From NCBI GenBank assembly GCA_021799495.1, contig JAJZAI010000008.1, forward strand, positions 21,389 to 85,388: a DNA stretch of 64,000 nt, written 5' to 3'. This DNA is from Deltaproteobacteria bacterium. GTDB lineage: Bacteria > Desulfobacterota > Binatia > Binatales > Binataceae. A program made the translations under genes and the position numbers. Below, piece after piece: positions 9,092-18,462 of the stretch. Under the pieces are notes generated by a model, which worked only from the letters and a program-made list of their open reading frames with translations, did no database searches and was not told the origin of the DNA. Within the stretch, counting starts at the first letter, position 1. The number at the start of each line of letters is the position of its first letter.

Positions 9092-9676
9092 ATGCTATCG
9101 GACACGCTGCAGGAAGGGCTGCAAAAGTATGCGATCGGCGAGAAATTGCGCGCGCTCAGGCTGCGCAAAAAGATGGGCCTCGTCGAGCTTGGCCGCCATA
9201 CGGCGCTATCAGCCGCGCTGCTTTCCAAAATCGAACGCGGGCGCCTGTTTCCGACGCTGCCGACTCTGCTCAGAATCGCGATGGTCTTCAACGTCGGGCT
9301 GGATTATTTTTTCACCGATCAGCGGCGGCACGTGATGGCCGTGACGCAGAAGAAAGAGCGGCTGATTTTCGAAGAGAAATTCAGGAGCGACGAAATAATC
9401 TATCGATTCGAGTGCCTTGATTTCAAAGCCGAGGAACGCAAGCTGAGCGCGTTCCTGGCGGAATTTCCCAAACCCGCGCCAGGCCGCAAGCCGGCCCATC
9501 AACACGACGGCGTCGAATTTCTCTACGTGCTCGGAGGATCGCTGAATCTTGCCGTCGGCGGCGACGAAAACCTGCTGCAACGCGGCGACGCGATTTATTT
9601 CGACTCGACGGTCGCCCATTCCTACGCCGCGGTCGGAGCGGCGCCGTGCTCGGCCCTCGTGGTTACGGTTCCGTAG
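9092..9676 (+). CDS. XRE-family HTH transcriptional regulator with C-terminal cupin
   Basis: IGEKLRALR...LSKIERG..PTLPTL HTH; HQHDGVEFLYV and GDAIYFDS..HSY cupin motifs. Confidence 0.92.
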   Translation: MLSDTLQEGLQKYAIGEKLRALRLRKKMGLVELGRHTALSAALLSKIERGRLFPTLPTLLRIAMVFNVGLDYFFTDQRRHVMAVTQKKERLIFEEKFRSDEIIYRFECLDFKAEERKLSAFLAEFPKPAPGRKPAHQHDGVEFLYVLGGSLNLAVGGDENLLQRGDAIYFDSTVAHSYAAVGAAPCSALVVTVP

Positions 9677-9754
9677 CATCATCGGGCGGCGCCGCGGGCG
9701 CGCCGCCCATCGTCAATCTTTTCGCGCCGGGTCGGCGTTCCCGCGCACGCCATT

Positions 9755-10783
9755 TCATCCGCGCCGCGGCACGACATGCGGACGCATCGCGCTCCGCTCC
9801 GTCTTCGCGGAACCTTCGTGCTTCAACTCCTCCCAGCGATCGAACAGCCGCGGCACGACTCGCGGATGGCGATGTTCGTACCAACCGACGATCGCCGCGA
9901 GCGCAAGGATATTTCCGCCGATAATGTTCCACCATCCGATATCCTCGATCGCGGTTTGATCGAGGAACGTGACAAATCCGGCGAAACACATTTCAAACCA
10001 TATGAACAAAACCAGCACGCCGAGCGCGATCAGCGGCTCGCGTTCCGAAACCGCCATCAGGATCGACGCGGCGATTCCAAACATGATGAACGCAAAAAAA
10101 TGCAGCGCGGTGTAGCCGAGCACGCTGGCCGCCGTCACCGCGAAGCCGCTTGGCTCATGCATGACATCGAGCAGCATCGTGCCCAGCAGCGCCGGCGTGC
10201 GAAACGGCTCGCCAGTCGCAAGGTCATAGACGAAAAACCACACGGCGACGATCGCGCCGCCAATAATCCCCACGACAACGCCCTCGCGAACCACGGCGAC
10301 CCAGGGACCGAGCAGCCGCTCCGCCAGCGCCGGCTGGCGCCAGAAGAAAAAGGCCAACATCGCCGCCGTCGCCATGAAATTTCCGATCAAGCCCTTCCAC
10401 CACAGCGTCGCTGCTTGCGCGGCGGGCCCAAACAGCATCAGCACAAAGATAAAGAAAACCTCGAACGCGCAGGTGAAAATGAAGAGCGCCGGAAACAGCT
10501 CGGGATTGTCTTCCGCCGCGGAGAGCATCATCGCCCCACAGACGCCGATGAGCGCGAAAATCGCGAAATGCGCCACCGCGTATTGCGCGACGAGCGCCCA
10601 TCCCGCGCCGCTCAGCGTTGCGGCGCTTGAACCGTGCAGGAGCGCGGCGGCGAGCAATTCCGGCGTCCGCAATGGCTCGCCGTGCGCCGTGTCAAAGACA
10701 AAAAACCACAGCGCGATCACCGCTCCACCGATCAGGCCGGCGACGGCCCCGTCAACGATCGTCCGGAACTTCCTTGGCTTCAT
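9755..10783 (-). CDS. Uncharacterised polytopic membrane protein made of two homologous halves
   Basis: GLIGGAVIALWFFVFDTAHGEPLRTPELL versus GIIGGAIVAVWFFVYDLATGEPFRTPALL; each half has Y-x2-(A/L)HF and (F)E; GAGGAGG SD. Confidence 0.8.
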   Translation of the reverse strand: MKPRKFRTIVDGAVAGLIGGAVIALWFFVFDTAHGEPLRTPELLAAALLHGSSAATLSGAGWALVAQYAVAHFAIFALIGVCGAMMLSAAEDNPELFPALFIFTCAFEVFFIFVLMLFGPAAQAATLWWKGLIGNFMATAAMLAFFFWRQPALAERLLGPWVAVVREGVVVGIIGGAIVAVWFFVYDLATGEPFRTPALLGTMLLDVMHEPSGFAVTAASVLGYTALHFFAFIMFGIAASILMAVSEREPLIALGVLVLFIWFEMCFAGFVTFLDQTAIEDIGWWNIIGGNILALAAIVGWYEHRHPRVVPRLFDRWEELKHEGSAKTERSAMRPHVVPRRG

Positions 10784-11072
10784 GGCGGCCTCCTCTCACA
10801 CCGGCGAACAGCCGTCAGGCGCCTCGGCGCGCTCGATGCGAGAGGATGAGGGGGCGTTCAGGTCGAAGAATGAGGAGACGCGCGCTTGCGGCCGCCGCTT
10901 CGGCGGCTATCCTCATTTCTGATCTCCTATTAGGCCAATAGCGACGGCGCGGCAAGTCGCCGCCGGCCAGCTCAATCTCCCGACGGTTGGCGGGCGTTCG
11001 CGGAATGACGGATAAAGCGCCGCGTGGTGGAAGCAGACAGCGGTGAATCAAATCGGAAAGGAAATCGAGCGG

Positions 11073-12389
11073 ATGGCCGACTTCGCCGATGAAACGCCGG
11101 AAAAAGCGCAACCTTCCGGCCGCTCGCGCAGCGAAATCCGCGCGGCGCGAATCGCGGTGGATTATTTCGTAATCGCCACGATCTATCTGATTGCGGGAAT
11201 GGCGGCGCTGCCGTGGCTGACCACGCCGATGCTTGACTATTTTTACCAGCCGCGAATCCTCGCGCTGGTTCATACGTTCACGATCGGATGGATTACCGCC
11301 GCGATAATCGGCGTGCTTTACCGATACGCGCCCGCGCTCGGGCACAAACCGTTACCCTACCCGCGCCTGCTGGCGCCGCAATTGATTTTGTTCCTGATCG
11401 GTTCGAGCGGCGTGATCAGCCATTTTGCGCTCGGCTCATGGTCGGGCGTCTGGTCGGCGGCGATCGTGCTGATCGCAAGTTTGATCCTGTTCGCGGTCAA
11501 CATCGTGCCGTGCGTGTGGGCCGGCGTCGGACGCGGCATCGCGCAAACCGGCGTCGCCTTCGCGGTATCCTTCCTTCTTGCCGCCGCGACGCTGGGCTTT
11601 CTTCTGGCGCTCGACAAGTCCGTCGGAATCATCGGCGGCAATCTGCTCGACAATCTCGCGGCGCATGCGAACCTTGCGGCGATCGGCTGGATCGCAATTA
11701 CGGTGTGCGCGCTTTCCCAGCGGATGCTGCCGGCATTTATCGGAGCCATGGCGATCGATTTCGACCGCCGGCGATGGCTTGTTTATGCGCTCGGAGGTTC
11801 CGCGATCACGCTCGCCGCCGCGCTGCTTTTCGCGGGCCAAATAATCGTTATCGCGGCGGCGATCTTCGCGGCGTTGTCGATTGTCGTATTCGTAATGTCG
11901 ATTTTCGCGATGATCCCGGGGCGGCGTCCGATGCCGGGCTGGACAGCGCCGCATGTCGCCGCTGGCGCCGGCTGGGCGTTGCTGGCCGTCGCTTCAGGCT
12001 TGGCGTTGCTGGCGCTGGGAGGCGACAGCATGATCGGAGCGCACGTCGCCGTCGTATATGGCGCGGCCGGCCTGCTGGGATGGTTCGGCAATTTCATCAT
12101 CGGAATGTCGTACCATCTTTTTCCCGGCGCGGTCGCACATGTGCGATCTGCAAAAGGCTGGCCGTCCATGAAATTCGCGGAGATTGAATCGCCATCCGGC
12201 CGATGGATGATTTTTGCGGGCTACAACGCCGGGCTTGCCATCGTCAGCGCGAGCGCGCTTGCGTCACAAGCAGCGCTGGCTGAGATCGGCGCGGCCCTGA
12301 CGGCGCTCGGGACGGCAATCTATGCGCTAGCGACGCTTCGCGCGTTGAGCTTCGCGTATCGGCGCCAGCCGCCCGCTTTGCGGCCATAG
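11073..12389 (+). CDS. Uncharacterised ~12-TM membrane protein with three internal repeats (oxidase subunit I-like/NnrS-like architecture)
   Basis: Repeated units HTFTIGWITAAIIGVLYRYAP / HANLAAIGWIAITVCALSQRMLP / YGAAGLLGWFGNFIIGMSYHLFP. Start is ATG 11073 (AAGGA SD) or GTG 11043. Confidence 0.7.
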   Translation: MADFADETPEKAQPSGRSRSEIRAARIAVDYFVIATIYLIAGMAALPWLTTPMLDYFYQPRILALVHTFTIGWITAAIIGVLYRYAPALGHKPLPYPRLLAPQLILFLIGSSGVISHFALGSWSGVWSAAIVLIASLILFAVNIVPCVWAGVGRGIAQTGVAFAVSFLLAAATLGFLLALDKSVGIIGGNLLDNLAAHANLAAIGWIAITVCALSQRMLPAFIGAMAIDFDRRRWLVYALGGSAITLAAALLFAGQIIVIAAAIFAALSIVVFVMSIFAMIPGRRPMPGWTAPHVAAGAGWALLAVASGLALLALGGDSMIGAHVAVVYGAAGLLGWFGNFIIGMSYHLFPGAVAHVRSAKGWPSMKFAEIESPSGRWMIFAGYNAGLAIVSASALASQAALAEIGAALTALGTAIYALATLRALSFAYRRQPPALRP

Positions 12390-12491
12390 ATTATGGACCA
12401 CGCTCACAAGGATGAACTGGATTCTCAGGCGTGACGCCCGAAACTGATTTGATGAGGCCCGCGGCGCGGGCGAGGGAACGAACCGGACTAT

Positions 12492-13304
12492 TTATACAGT
12501 CGCGCGCCCGTGCGGATGAAGCGGCCGGATTTGCGCGGGCCTGCGATTTATCGCGGGAATTTCAGTGTCTTCCCGCTGCGCCCAACGGAAGAAAATCCCG
12601 CTGAAAACGAACATGATATAGACGCCCTGGCCAACCCACATCACCAGTCCGCCAAGCACCTGATCCGCGCGCGGCGTGAGCCCCAGCGGATGCGGCCCCA
12701 TCGTGTAGTACATGTAGAGCACCGAATCCGCCATCGTAATCGGCGCGGCCACCGCGGTCATCGGAATCATCAACAGAAAGAGGTAGAGAATCTGCAACGG
12801 ATAGGAAAGCCGGGGAAATTCGGGCACGGGACTGACGATCGGCCACCACAGCAGCACGCCGACGATCAGCAGGCCCAATCTGATTCCGCCGAAGAACGAC
12901 TTAACGTGGCAGACCCGGTCGCATAGAGCCGGGTAATGCAACAGCGCGAAGAACATCGAGAACAACAGAAACGCGACCAGTGGGCGCGTGACGATGCGAA
13001 AGAACGGCTCAACAACCCGCCGCATGAGAATCGGGCGCAACATCCAATCCGGCGTTCCCAGAAGAATAAGGGGCGGGATGACAAACACCAGCATCATCTG
13101 TTGAAAGATGTACGCGGCGAAGAAAAAACCTTTCGCGGCCTGGTCGAGCGGCCCGGTAAGGGTTAACAAAAGCAGGATCACGGCGAAGCCGAACGCCAGT
13201 TCCTGGCGCTGGCGAGGACGCCTGCCCGCGACGTACGCCGCGCCGACATAAACCGCGGCGAACGCGATGATCGATACGATTACGTCAGGTTTCGCTTCCC
13301 ACAT
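12492..13304 (-). CDS. ctaG: caa3-type cytochrome c oxidase assembly protein (Caa3_CtaG family)
   Basis: Q-x-MLVFVIPPLILLGTPDW, LLWWPI and DQVLGGLVMW; last gene of the oxidase operon. Confidence 0.85.
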   Translation of the reverse strand: MWEAKPDVIVSIIAFAAVYVGAAYVAGRRPRQRQELAFGFAVILLLLTLTGPLDQAAKGFFFAAYIFQQMMLVFVIPPLILLGTPDWMLRPILMRRVVEPFFRIVTRPLVAFLLFSMFFALLHYPALCDRVCHVKSFFGGIRLGLLIVGVLLWWPIVSPVPEFPRLSYPLQILYLFLLMIPMTAVAAPITMADSVLYMYYTMGPHPLGLTPRADQVLGGLVMWVGQGVYIMFVFSGIFFRWAQREDTEIPAINRRPAQIRPLHPHGRATV

Positions 13305-13341
13305 GGCTTATCGCCCGCTCCCGGCCCGTCGCACCATCTTA

Positions 13342-13692
13342 CTAGGCTCTGATGATGAACATATGATGGCCCAGATATGCGAACAGCAGCATCAGCGACA
13401 TGCAAATCAGCACCGCCAGCATCAATGGAAAGACGAAGAAAATCGAAAAAACGGTGCTGTCGTACCATAGATGCATGTAAAACGACGCGACCAAAATGAA
13501 TTTGGCGATCGCGAGAACAATCAGGAGCGGCACCAGCACCGATTGCAGCGCGGCTGCATAAAAGACGCCGATTTCCATTGCGGTCAGAATACACAGCACC
13601 ACCGCCACCACAATGTAGACCATCGGGCCGGGATGCTCGTCATGCACGATCGCGTGCGCGTCGTGCGCGTGATCGATTGCGTGCTCGCTCAT
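13342..13692 (-). CDS. Cytochrome c oxidase subunit IV family protein
   Basis: Three TMs, LTAME and KFILVASFYMHL; overlaps the subunit I/III stop codon. Confidence 0.88.
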   Translation of the reverse strand: MSEHAIDHAHDAHAIVHDEHPGPMVYIVVAVVLCILTAMEIGVFYAAALQSVLVPLLIVLAIAKFILVASFYMHLWYDSTVFSIFFVFPLMLAVLICMSLMLLFAYLGHHMFIIRA

Positions 13693-16154
13693 GCGTGTTT
13701 AATCGTCCTCATCAAATAGATCAGGGTGAAGATGACAACCCACACGATATCCACGAAGTGCCAGTAAAGACCCGCGATTTCGACCGACAACGCGCGGCTC
13801 TTGCCGATTTTGCCGCGCGCCCCGGCGATCGCCATCGTGATCAGCCAGCATACGCCGATAAACACGTGGAAGCCGTGGAAGCCAACCAGCGTATAGAAAC
13901 ACTGGCTGAACAGGTTGCTGTTGTAGAGCATTCCACGCGCATAAAAGTCGTGGAATTCGAAGACCTGGCCACCCAGAAAGATGCACCCGAAGAAGGCCGT
14001 GCCGAACAGCCAGAAAGTTCCCCAGAACCGATCGCCGCGCTGATAGCCGGCGAGCGCCAGAACCATCAGCAAGCTCGACATCAGCAGGACGAACGTGCTG
14101 AATGAGGTCAGCGGAATGTTCAGTATCTGGGCGTCGGGATAGCCAATGCTCCGCGACTTATAAACCATGTAGGTTGAGATCAGGCTGGCGAAGAATACGC
14201 ATTCCGAACCGATAAAGGCCCAGATGCCGAGTTTGCGATTGTCCAACCCAAGGAAGCTCTCGCCGACCTGATGGGGATTGTCCTGGCCCCAGTCGATGTA
14301 CTCGAACGACATCGAGATCGCAGTGAAAGCAAGCAATCCAAGACCGCCGAACACCAGCCGATACCAGCCGACCAGCATGCCCACACCGGCGAGGAAGATG
14401 GCCCCGCCCATGACCAGCGGGTACAACGACGGCTCGGGCATATGGATCGCCGCGATTTCTTCGGCCGACGGCGGCGGCAGGTAATCCACGTTGAGGCGTT
14501 TTTCGCCGAGTCCCGAAGCCTCCACGTCGCCGTATTTTTCGACCCAGAAAGCGTCGCGCGAGTGAACCGCCGGCACGGTCACGAAGTTATAGACCGGCGG
14601 CGGCGACGGCGTCATCCATTCGAGCGTGCGCGCGTTCCATGGATCGGCGCTCGCGCGTTCGCCGTTGAACCAGCTATAGGCGACGTTGAAGAAGAAAATC
14701 AGGAAAGTCGCGCCCAGAAAAAACGCGCTTACGCTCTCGAAAAAGTTCCAGAAATCCCATCCCATTCCCGGCGCGTACGTGTAAATGCGGCGCGGCATTC
14801 CCAGTTCGCCCAGGAAATGCATCGGGAAGAAGGTGCAGTTGAAGAAAATCGTGGTCAGCCAGAAATGCCATTTGCCGAGCGTTTCGTTCATCATCCGGCC
14901 GCTGATTTTCGGGAACCAGTAGTAGAACGACGCCAGGATCGCCATCAGCACGCCGCCAAACAGCACGTAATGGAAATGCGCGATGATGATGTAGGAATCG
15001 GTCTGCTCCATATCGACCGGAGCGCTGGCGTGCATCACGCCGCTCAGGCCGCCGATCGTGAATTCAAGGATGAAGCCGAGCGCGAAAAGCATCGCGGTGG
15101 TGAACCGCAATCGCCCTCCCCACACCGTCGCGATCCATGAGAACACTTTCACGCCGGTCGGAATCGCGATCAGCATCGAGGTGATCGAAAACGCGCTGTC
15201 GGCGACCGGCCCCATTCCGGTCGCGAACATGTGATGGCCCCAGACGCCATAGGAGAGAAAGGCGATCAGGATGATCGAATAGGCCATCATCGGATAGCCG
15301 AACAGCGGCTTGCGCGAGAAAACCGGCAGTATTTCGGAAATCATGCCGAACGCCGGCAGGGCCATGATGTACACCTCGGGATGGCCGAAGATCCAGAACA
15401 GGTGCTGCCACAGGATTGGCGTCGCGCCGGCGATCACGCGATAGAAGTGCGTGTCGAAATAACGATCGGCGAAGAGAAAGATCAGGCCGACCGTCAGCGC
15501 GGGGAAGGCGAGCAGCAGCAAAATGACCGTCACCAGCAGCGCCCAGATGAACATCGGCATGCGCATGAAGGTCATGCCGGGCGCGCGCATGTTGACGATC
15601 GTGACGAAGAAATTCAGCGCGCTCATCACCGACGAAACGCCCAGGATGAGCAGGCCGACATCGTAGTAGTCGATATTCAATCCGGGCGAATAGTAAACTT
15701 CACTGAGGTTCGCATAACCGAACCATCCGCCGTTCGGCAGGCCGCCCCAGATCCATCCGAAGTTCAGCACCATAGCGCCAAGCAGGAAAATCCAGAAACT
15801 GAGCGCGTTGACCCGCGGAAACGCAACGTCCCGCGCGCCGATTTGCAGCGGGATGAGAAAGTTGCCGAAAAAGCCGGTCTCCAGCGGCATGACGACGAGA
15901 AAGATCATCGTCAAGCCGTGCATCGTGAAAATCTGATTGTAGAAATCCGCGGTGAGGAAATGATTGTCCGGAACAATAAGCTGCGCCCGGATCAGCATCG
16001 CCTCGATTCCGCCGAGTCCCATCAGCAACAGCGCCGTGACGCCGTACATCACGGCGATGCGTTTGTGGTCGATGGTGGTGAGCCATCCGTAGATGCCGCC
16101 GCCCTCAAGATAGCTCGCCTGCTCGAGATGTAATGGTTTTGGTTGCGCCGCCAT
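13689..16154 (-). CDS. ctaD: Cytochrome c oxidase subunit I fused to subunit III (A1-type heme-copper oxidase)
   Basis: DHKRI, TMHG, AFPRVN, WIFGHPEVY, VWGHHMF, AHFHYV and GMPRR, followed in frame by COX3 motifs FIGSE, GFHGFHV and YWHFVDIVW; 821 aa. Confidence 0.96.
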   Translation of the reverse strand: MAAQPKPLHLEQASYLEGGGIYGWLTTIDHKRIAVMYGVTALLLMGLGGIEAMLIRAQLIVPDNHFLTADFYNQIFTMHGLTMIFLVVMPLETGFFGNFLIPLQIGARDVAFPRVNALSFWIFLLGAMVLNFGWIWGGLPNGGWFGYANLSEVYYSPGLNIDYYDVGLLILGVSSVMSALNFFVTIVNMRAPGMTFMRMPMFIWALLVTVILLLLAFPALTVGLIFLFADRYFDTHFYRVIAGATPILWQHLFWIFGHPEVYIMALPAFGMISEILPVFSRKPLFGYPMMAYSIILIAFLSYGVWGHHMFATGMGPVADSAFSITSMLIAIPTGVKVFSWIATVWGGRLRFTTAMLFALGFILEFTIGGLSGVMHASAPVDMEQTDSYIIIAHFHYVLFGGVLMAILASFYYWFPKISGRMMNETLGKWHFWLTTIFFNCTFFPMHFLGELGMPRRIYTYAPGMGWDFWNFFESVSAFFLGATFLIFFFNVAYSWFNGERASADPWNARTLEWMTPSPPPVYNFVTVPAVHSRDAFWVEKYGDVEASGLGEKRLNVDYLPPPSAEEIAAIHMPEPSLYPLVMGGAIFLAGVGMLVGWYRLVFGGLGLLAFTAISMSFEYIDWGQDNPHQVGESFLGLDNRKLGIWAFIGSECVFFASLISTYMVYKSRSIGYPDAQILNIPLTSFSTFVLLMSSLLMVLALAGYQRGDRFWGTFWLFGTAFFGCIFLGGQVFEFHDFYARGMLYNSNLFSQCFYTLVGFHGFHVFIGVCWLITMAIAGARGKIGKSRALSVEIAGLYWHFVDIVWVVIFTLIYLMRTIKHA

Positions 16155-16165
16155 TTGAAAATTCC

Positions 16166-17215
16166 CTATTTAAGGCTCTCGAGATACGCGACCAGATCGG
16201 TCAGTTGTTGCCCCTGCACGCCCAGCGTCGGCATATGCGCCCCCGGCTTAACCTTGTCGGGATTCTCGATCCACATAGCCACGTTAGCCGGCGTGTTGTC
16301 CATGATGCTACCGGCAAAAGTCGTTCGGCTGCCGAAATGAGTCAGATCGGGACCGCGGAATCCGAACGCATACTGTTTCGAGAATCCGGAGACTCCCTTG
16401 ATCGTGTGGCAAATCGCGCACGGCGCGTTCGCCCACTCTTTGGCGCCGGCGGCCGCGTCTCCGCCCGCGGGCCTGACCGGTCCATCGAGCTGATGCGCGG
16501 TCCATTGCTTGAACTGCTCGGGCGTATCGACGAACAGACGGAACCGCATGTTCGCATGCGAGGTGCCGCAATACTCGGTGCACTGCCCGTAGTACTCGCC
16601 CGGCTTGTCCGCGGTGAGCGTAATCTGATTGACCTGGCCGGGCACGACGTCGCGCTTGCCGCCGATCGCGGGCATGAAAAAGCTATGGATTACGTCGTCC
16701 GAAACCATCGAGAAATGAATCACCTGGCCTTCGGGAATATGCACTTCGTCGGCGGTGTCGACGCCGCTGGACGGATAGCGGAATTCCCACCACCACTGAT
16801 GCGCTATGACGCGGACTTCGAGCGCGTTCGCGGGCCACTTGTCAGGCTGGGTTTTGATAATGGTGTTAACCGTCGGCACCGTGATCGCGACCAGAATCAG
16901 CGCCGGAATCACCGTCCAGAGCATTTCCAGCGTCACGTCCGAGTGCATCGCCGACGGCTCGCCGGGATCGCCCTCGCGGCTGGAATAAATAAAAATCGCG
17001 CCGATCATCGCGGCGATCACAACGACCAGCACGATCGCGTCAAGAATCGTGATCTCTTTGAACAGCGAGGTGAACGCGCGCGTCAAATCCGATTGCGGCG
17101 ACAGCGTGTCCATCGGATACGGACCGCCGCCGCATCCCGACAACACGGCTCCGCACAGCGCCGCGACGACGCCCGAAAGCCCCACTCGCGCGCGATCGAA
17201 CAGGTTCGGCCTCAT
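16166..17215 (-). CDS. ctaC: Cytochrome c oxidase subunit II with C-terminal cytochrome c (caa3 type), lipoprotein
   Basis: LSGC lipobox, QWWWEFRY, DVIHSF, CuA motif CTEYCGTSHANM, CAICH heme c and KPGAHMP. Start 17215 overlaps the actF stop. Confidence 0.95.
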   Translation of the reverse strand: MRPNLFDRARVGLSGVVAALCGAVLSGCGGGPYPMDTLSPQSDLTRAFTSLFKEITILDAIVLVVVIAAMIGAIFIYSSREGDPGEPSAMHSDVTLEMLWTVIPALILVAITVPTVNTIIKTQPDKWPANALEVRVIAHQWWWEFRYPSSGVDTADEVHIPEGQVIHFSMVSDDVIHSFFMPAIGGKRDVVPGQVNQITLTADKPGEYYGQCTEYCGTSHANMRFRLFVDTPEQFKQWTAHQLDGPVRPAGGDAAAGAKEWANAPCAICHTIKGVSGFSKQYAFGFRGPDLTHFGSRTTFAGSIMDNTPANVAMWIENPDKVKPGAHMPTLGVQGQQLTDLVAYLESLK

Positions 17216-18426
17216 CGCCCGCCTCCCGTCGCGTCCGCGGCCGCCACGTTGGCCAAAAGCTTCAGCCCGGGCGTCGCGCACAGTAGAAAGGCTCCGAGAA
17301 ATCCGGCCGTAACGCATAGTTCAACCCATCCGAGCGGCAGCTTGTTCGGCGATAGCGAGGGAACCACCAGGATATAATTCAGGTCCCACACGCCAACTAA
17401 CCCTAGCAAAGCCACCGTACCAAGAATCGCGGGCGTCTTCTTCGGCTTGACGCCCAGCAAAGTGAAGAACGGAACAACCCATATCAGCAGCGGAGCCAGC
17501 CACGTCATGAACATCCACGGATGATGCCAGCAGCGCGCGATGATGAAGAAAGTCTCGGAAGGAAGATCGCCGTACCATATGACGATGTATTGAGCGAAAG
17601 TCAGATACATCCAGAAGATCGAAAAGGCGAAGATCATCTTGCCGAGGTCGTGGCGCACCTTTCCGCGATCGAATGTGTTGCCCGACGGCAGCGCCTTGCG
17701 CATCCGCACCGCCGTGAACGCCATCGCCACGATATTCGACCAGAAGACCGTCGCGAAGTACCACCATCCAAACAGCGTGCTGTGCCAGCGCGGCGACAGC
17801 GACGAGATCAGGTCGAACGCGAACAGCGTCCATACCACGGCGAACAGGATGCCGACGGTGGGCGCCAGCCGCCGGATCGCTTTCGGCGGCATCTCGATCG
17901 TTTCCGGCCGGCCGTGCCAATCCTCCGCCGCGCGCGAACGCGACGCGGCGACGAACCACGACGCCACCAGCACGATTATCGCGAGCGCCAGATAGTCGCG
18001 CGCGAAGAAGAACGGCACGTTCAACCACATCGCCTGCCTGGGATTCGGATGGGCAATCCACGGAAATATCTGGTTGCGCCCGATAAAAACTCCCAGAAAC
18101 AGGACAAATGCCAGCGGCAGAAAGCGCCACCATGCTTCGGCCATTCGATATTGCACGGTTCCCGCCCAGCGCGCCTGCGTCAGATAGAACGCCGCCGAGC
18201 ACACTACGCCGCCTTCGGCGATGCCGGTGAAGTACAGCCAGTTGACCAGCCAGCTCGACCAGACGCGTTGCGCGTGGCCGCTGGCCAGCCCGAACACGAC
18301 GCCGATCACGCCGAGCGCCACCAGAAGGAATGAAATCGAAGTAAGGCGGCCCCAGTTCAGCCGGACCGGCTCATGAATCGGCCGAATCGCCGCGGCCCCC
18401 AACGATGCAGGTTGCTTAGCGCTCAT
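17212..18426 (-). CDS. actF: Alternative complex III subunit F (NrfD-like membrane subunit)
   Basis: WLNVPFFFAR, DLISSLSPRWHSTLFG, HDLGKMIFAFSIFWMYLTFAQYIVIWYGDLPSET. Confidence 0.9.
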   Translation of the reverse strand: MSAKQPASLGAAAIRPIHEPVRLNWGRLTSISFLLVALGVIGVVFGLASGHAQRVWSSWLVNWLYFTGIAEGGVVCSAAFYLTQARWAGTVQYRMAEAWWRFLPLAFVLFLGVFIGRNQIFPWIAHPNPRQAMWLNVPFFFARDYLALAIIVLVASWFVAASRSRAAEDWHGRPETIEMPPKAIRRLAPTVGILFAVVWTLFAFDLISSLSPRWHSTLFGWWYFATVFWSNIVAMAFTAVRMRKALPSGNTFDRGKVRHDLGKMIFAFSIFWMYLTFAQYIVIWYGDLPSETFFIIARCWHHPWMFMTWLAPLLIWVVPFFTLLGVKPKKTPAILGTVALLGLVGVWDLNYILVVPSLSPNKLPLGWVELCVTAGFLGAFLLCATPGLKLLANVAAADATGGGR

Positions 18427-18462
18427 ATTCCTTTAGGCCCCGTCATTCCCGAGCATCGCCGC

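Noticed and set aside
12445-12475. Hammerhead-like TTGATGAG + GC hairpin + GAGG between convergent genes
   Set aside because: The core lacks the required CUGAUGA and GAAA and has no stems I/III. It is at most a weak hairpin without a U-tract.
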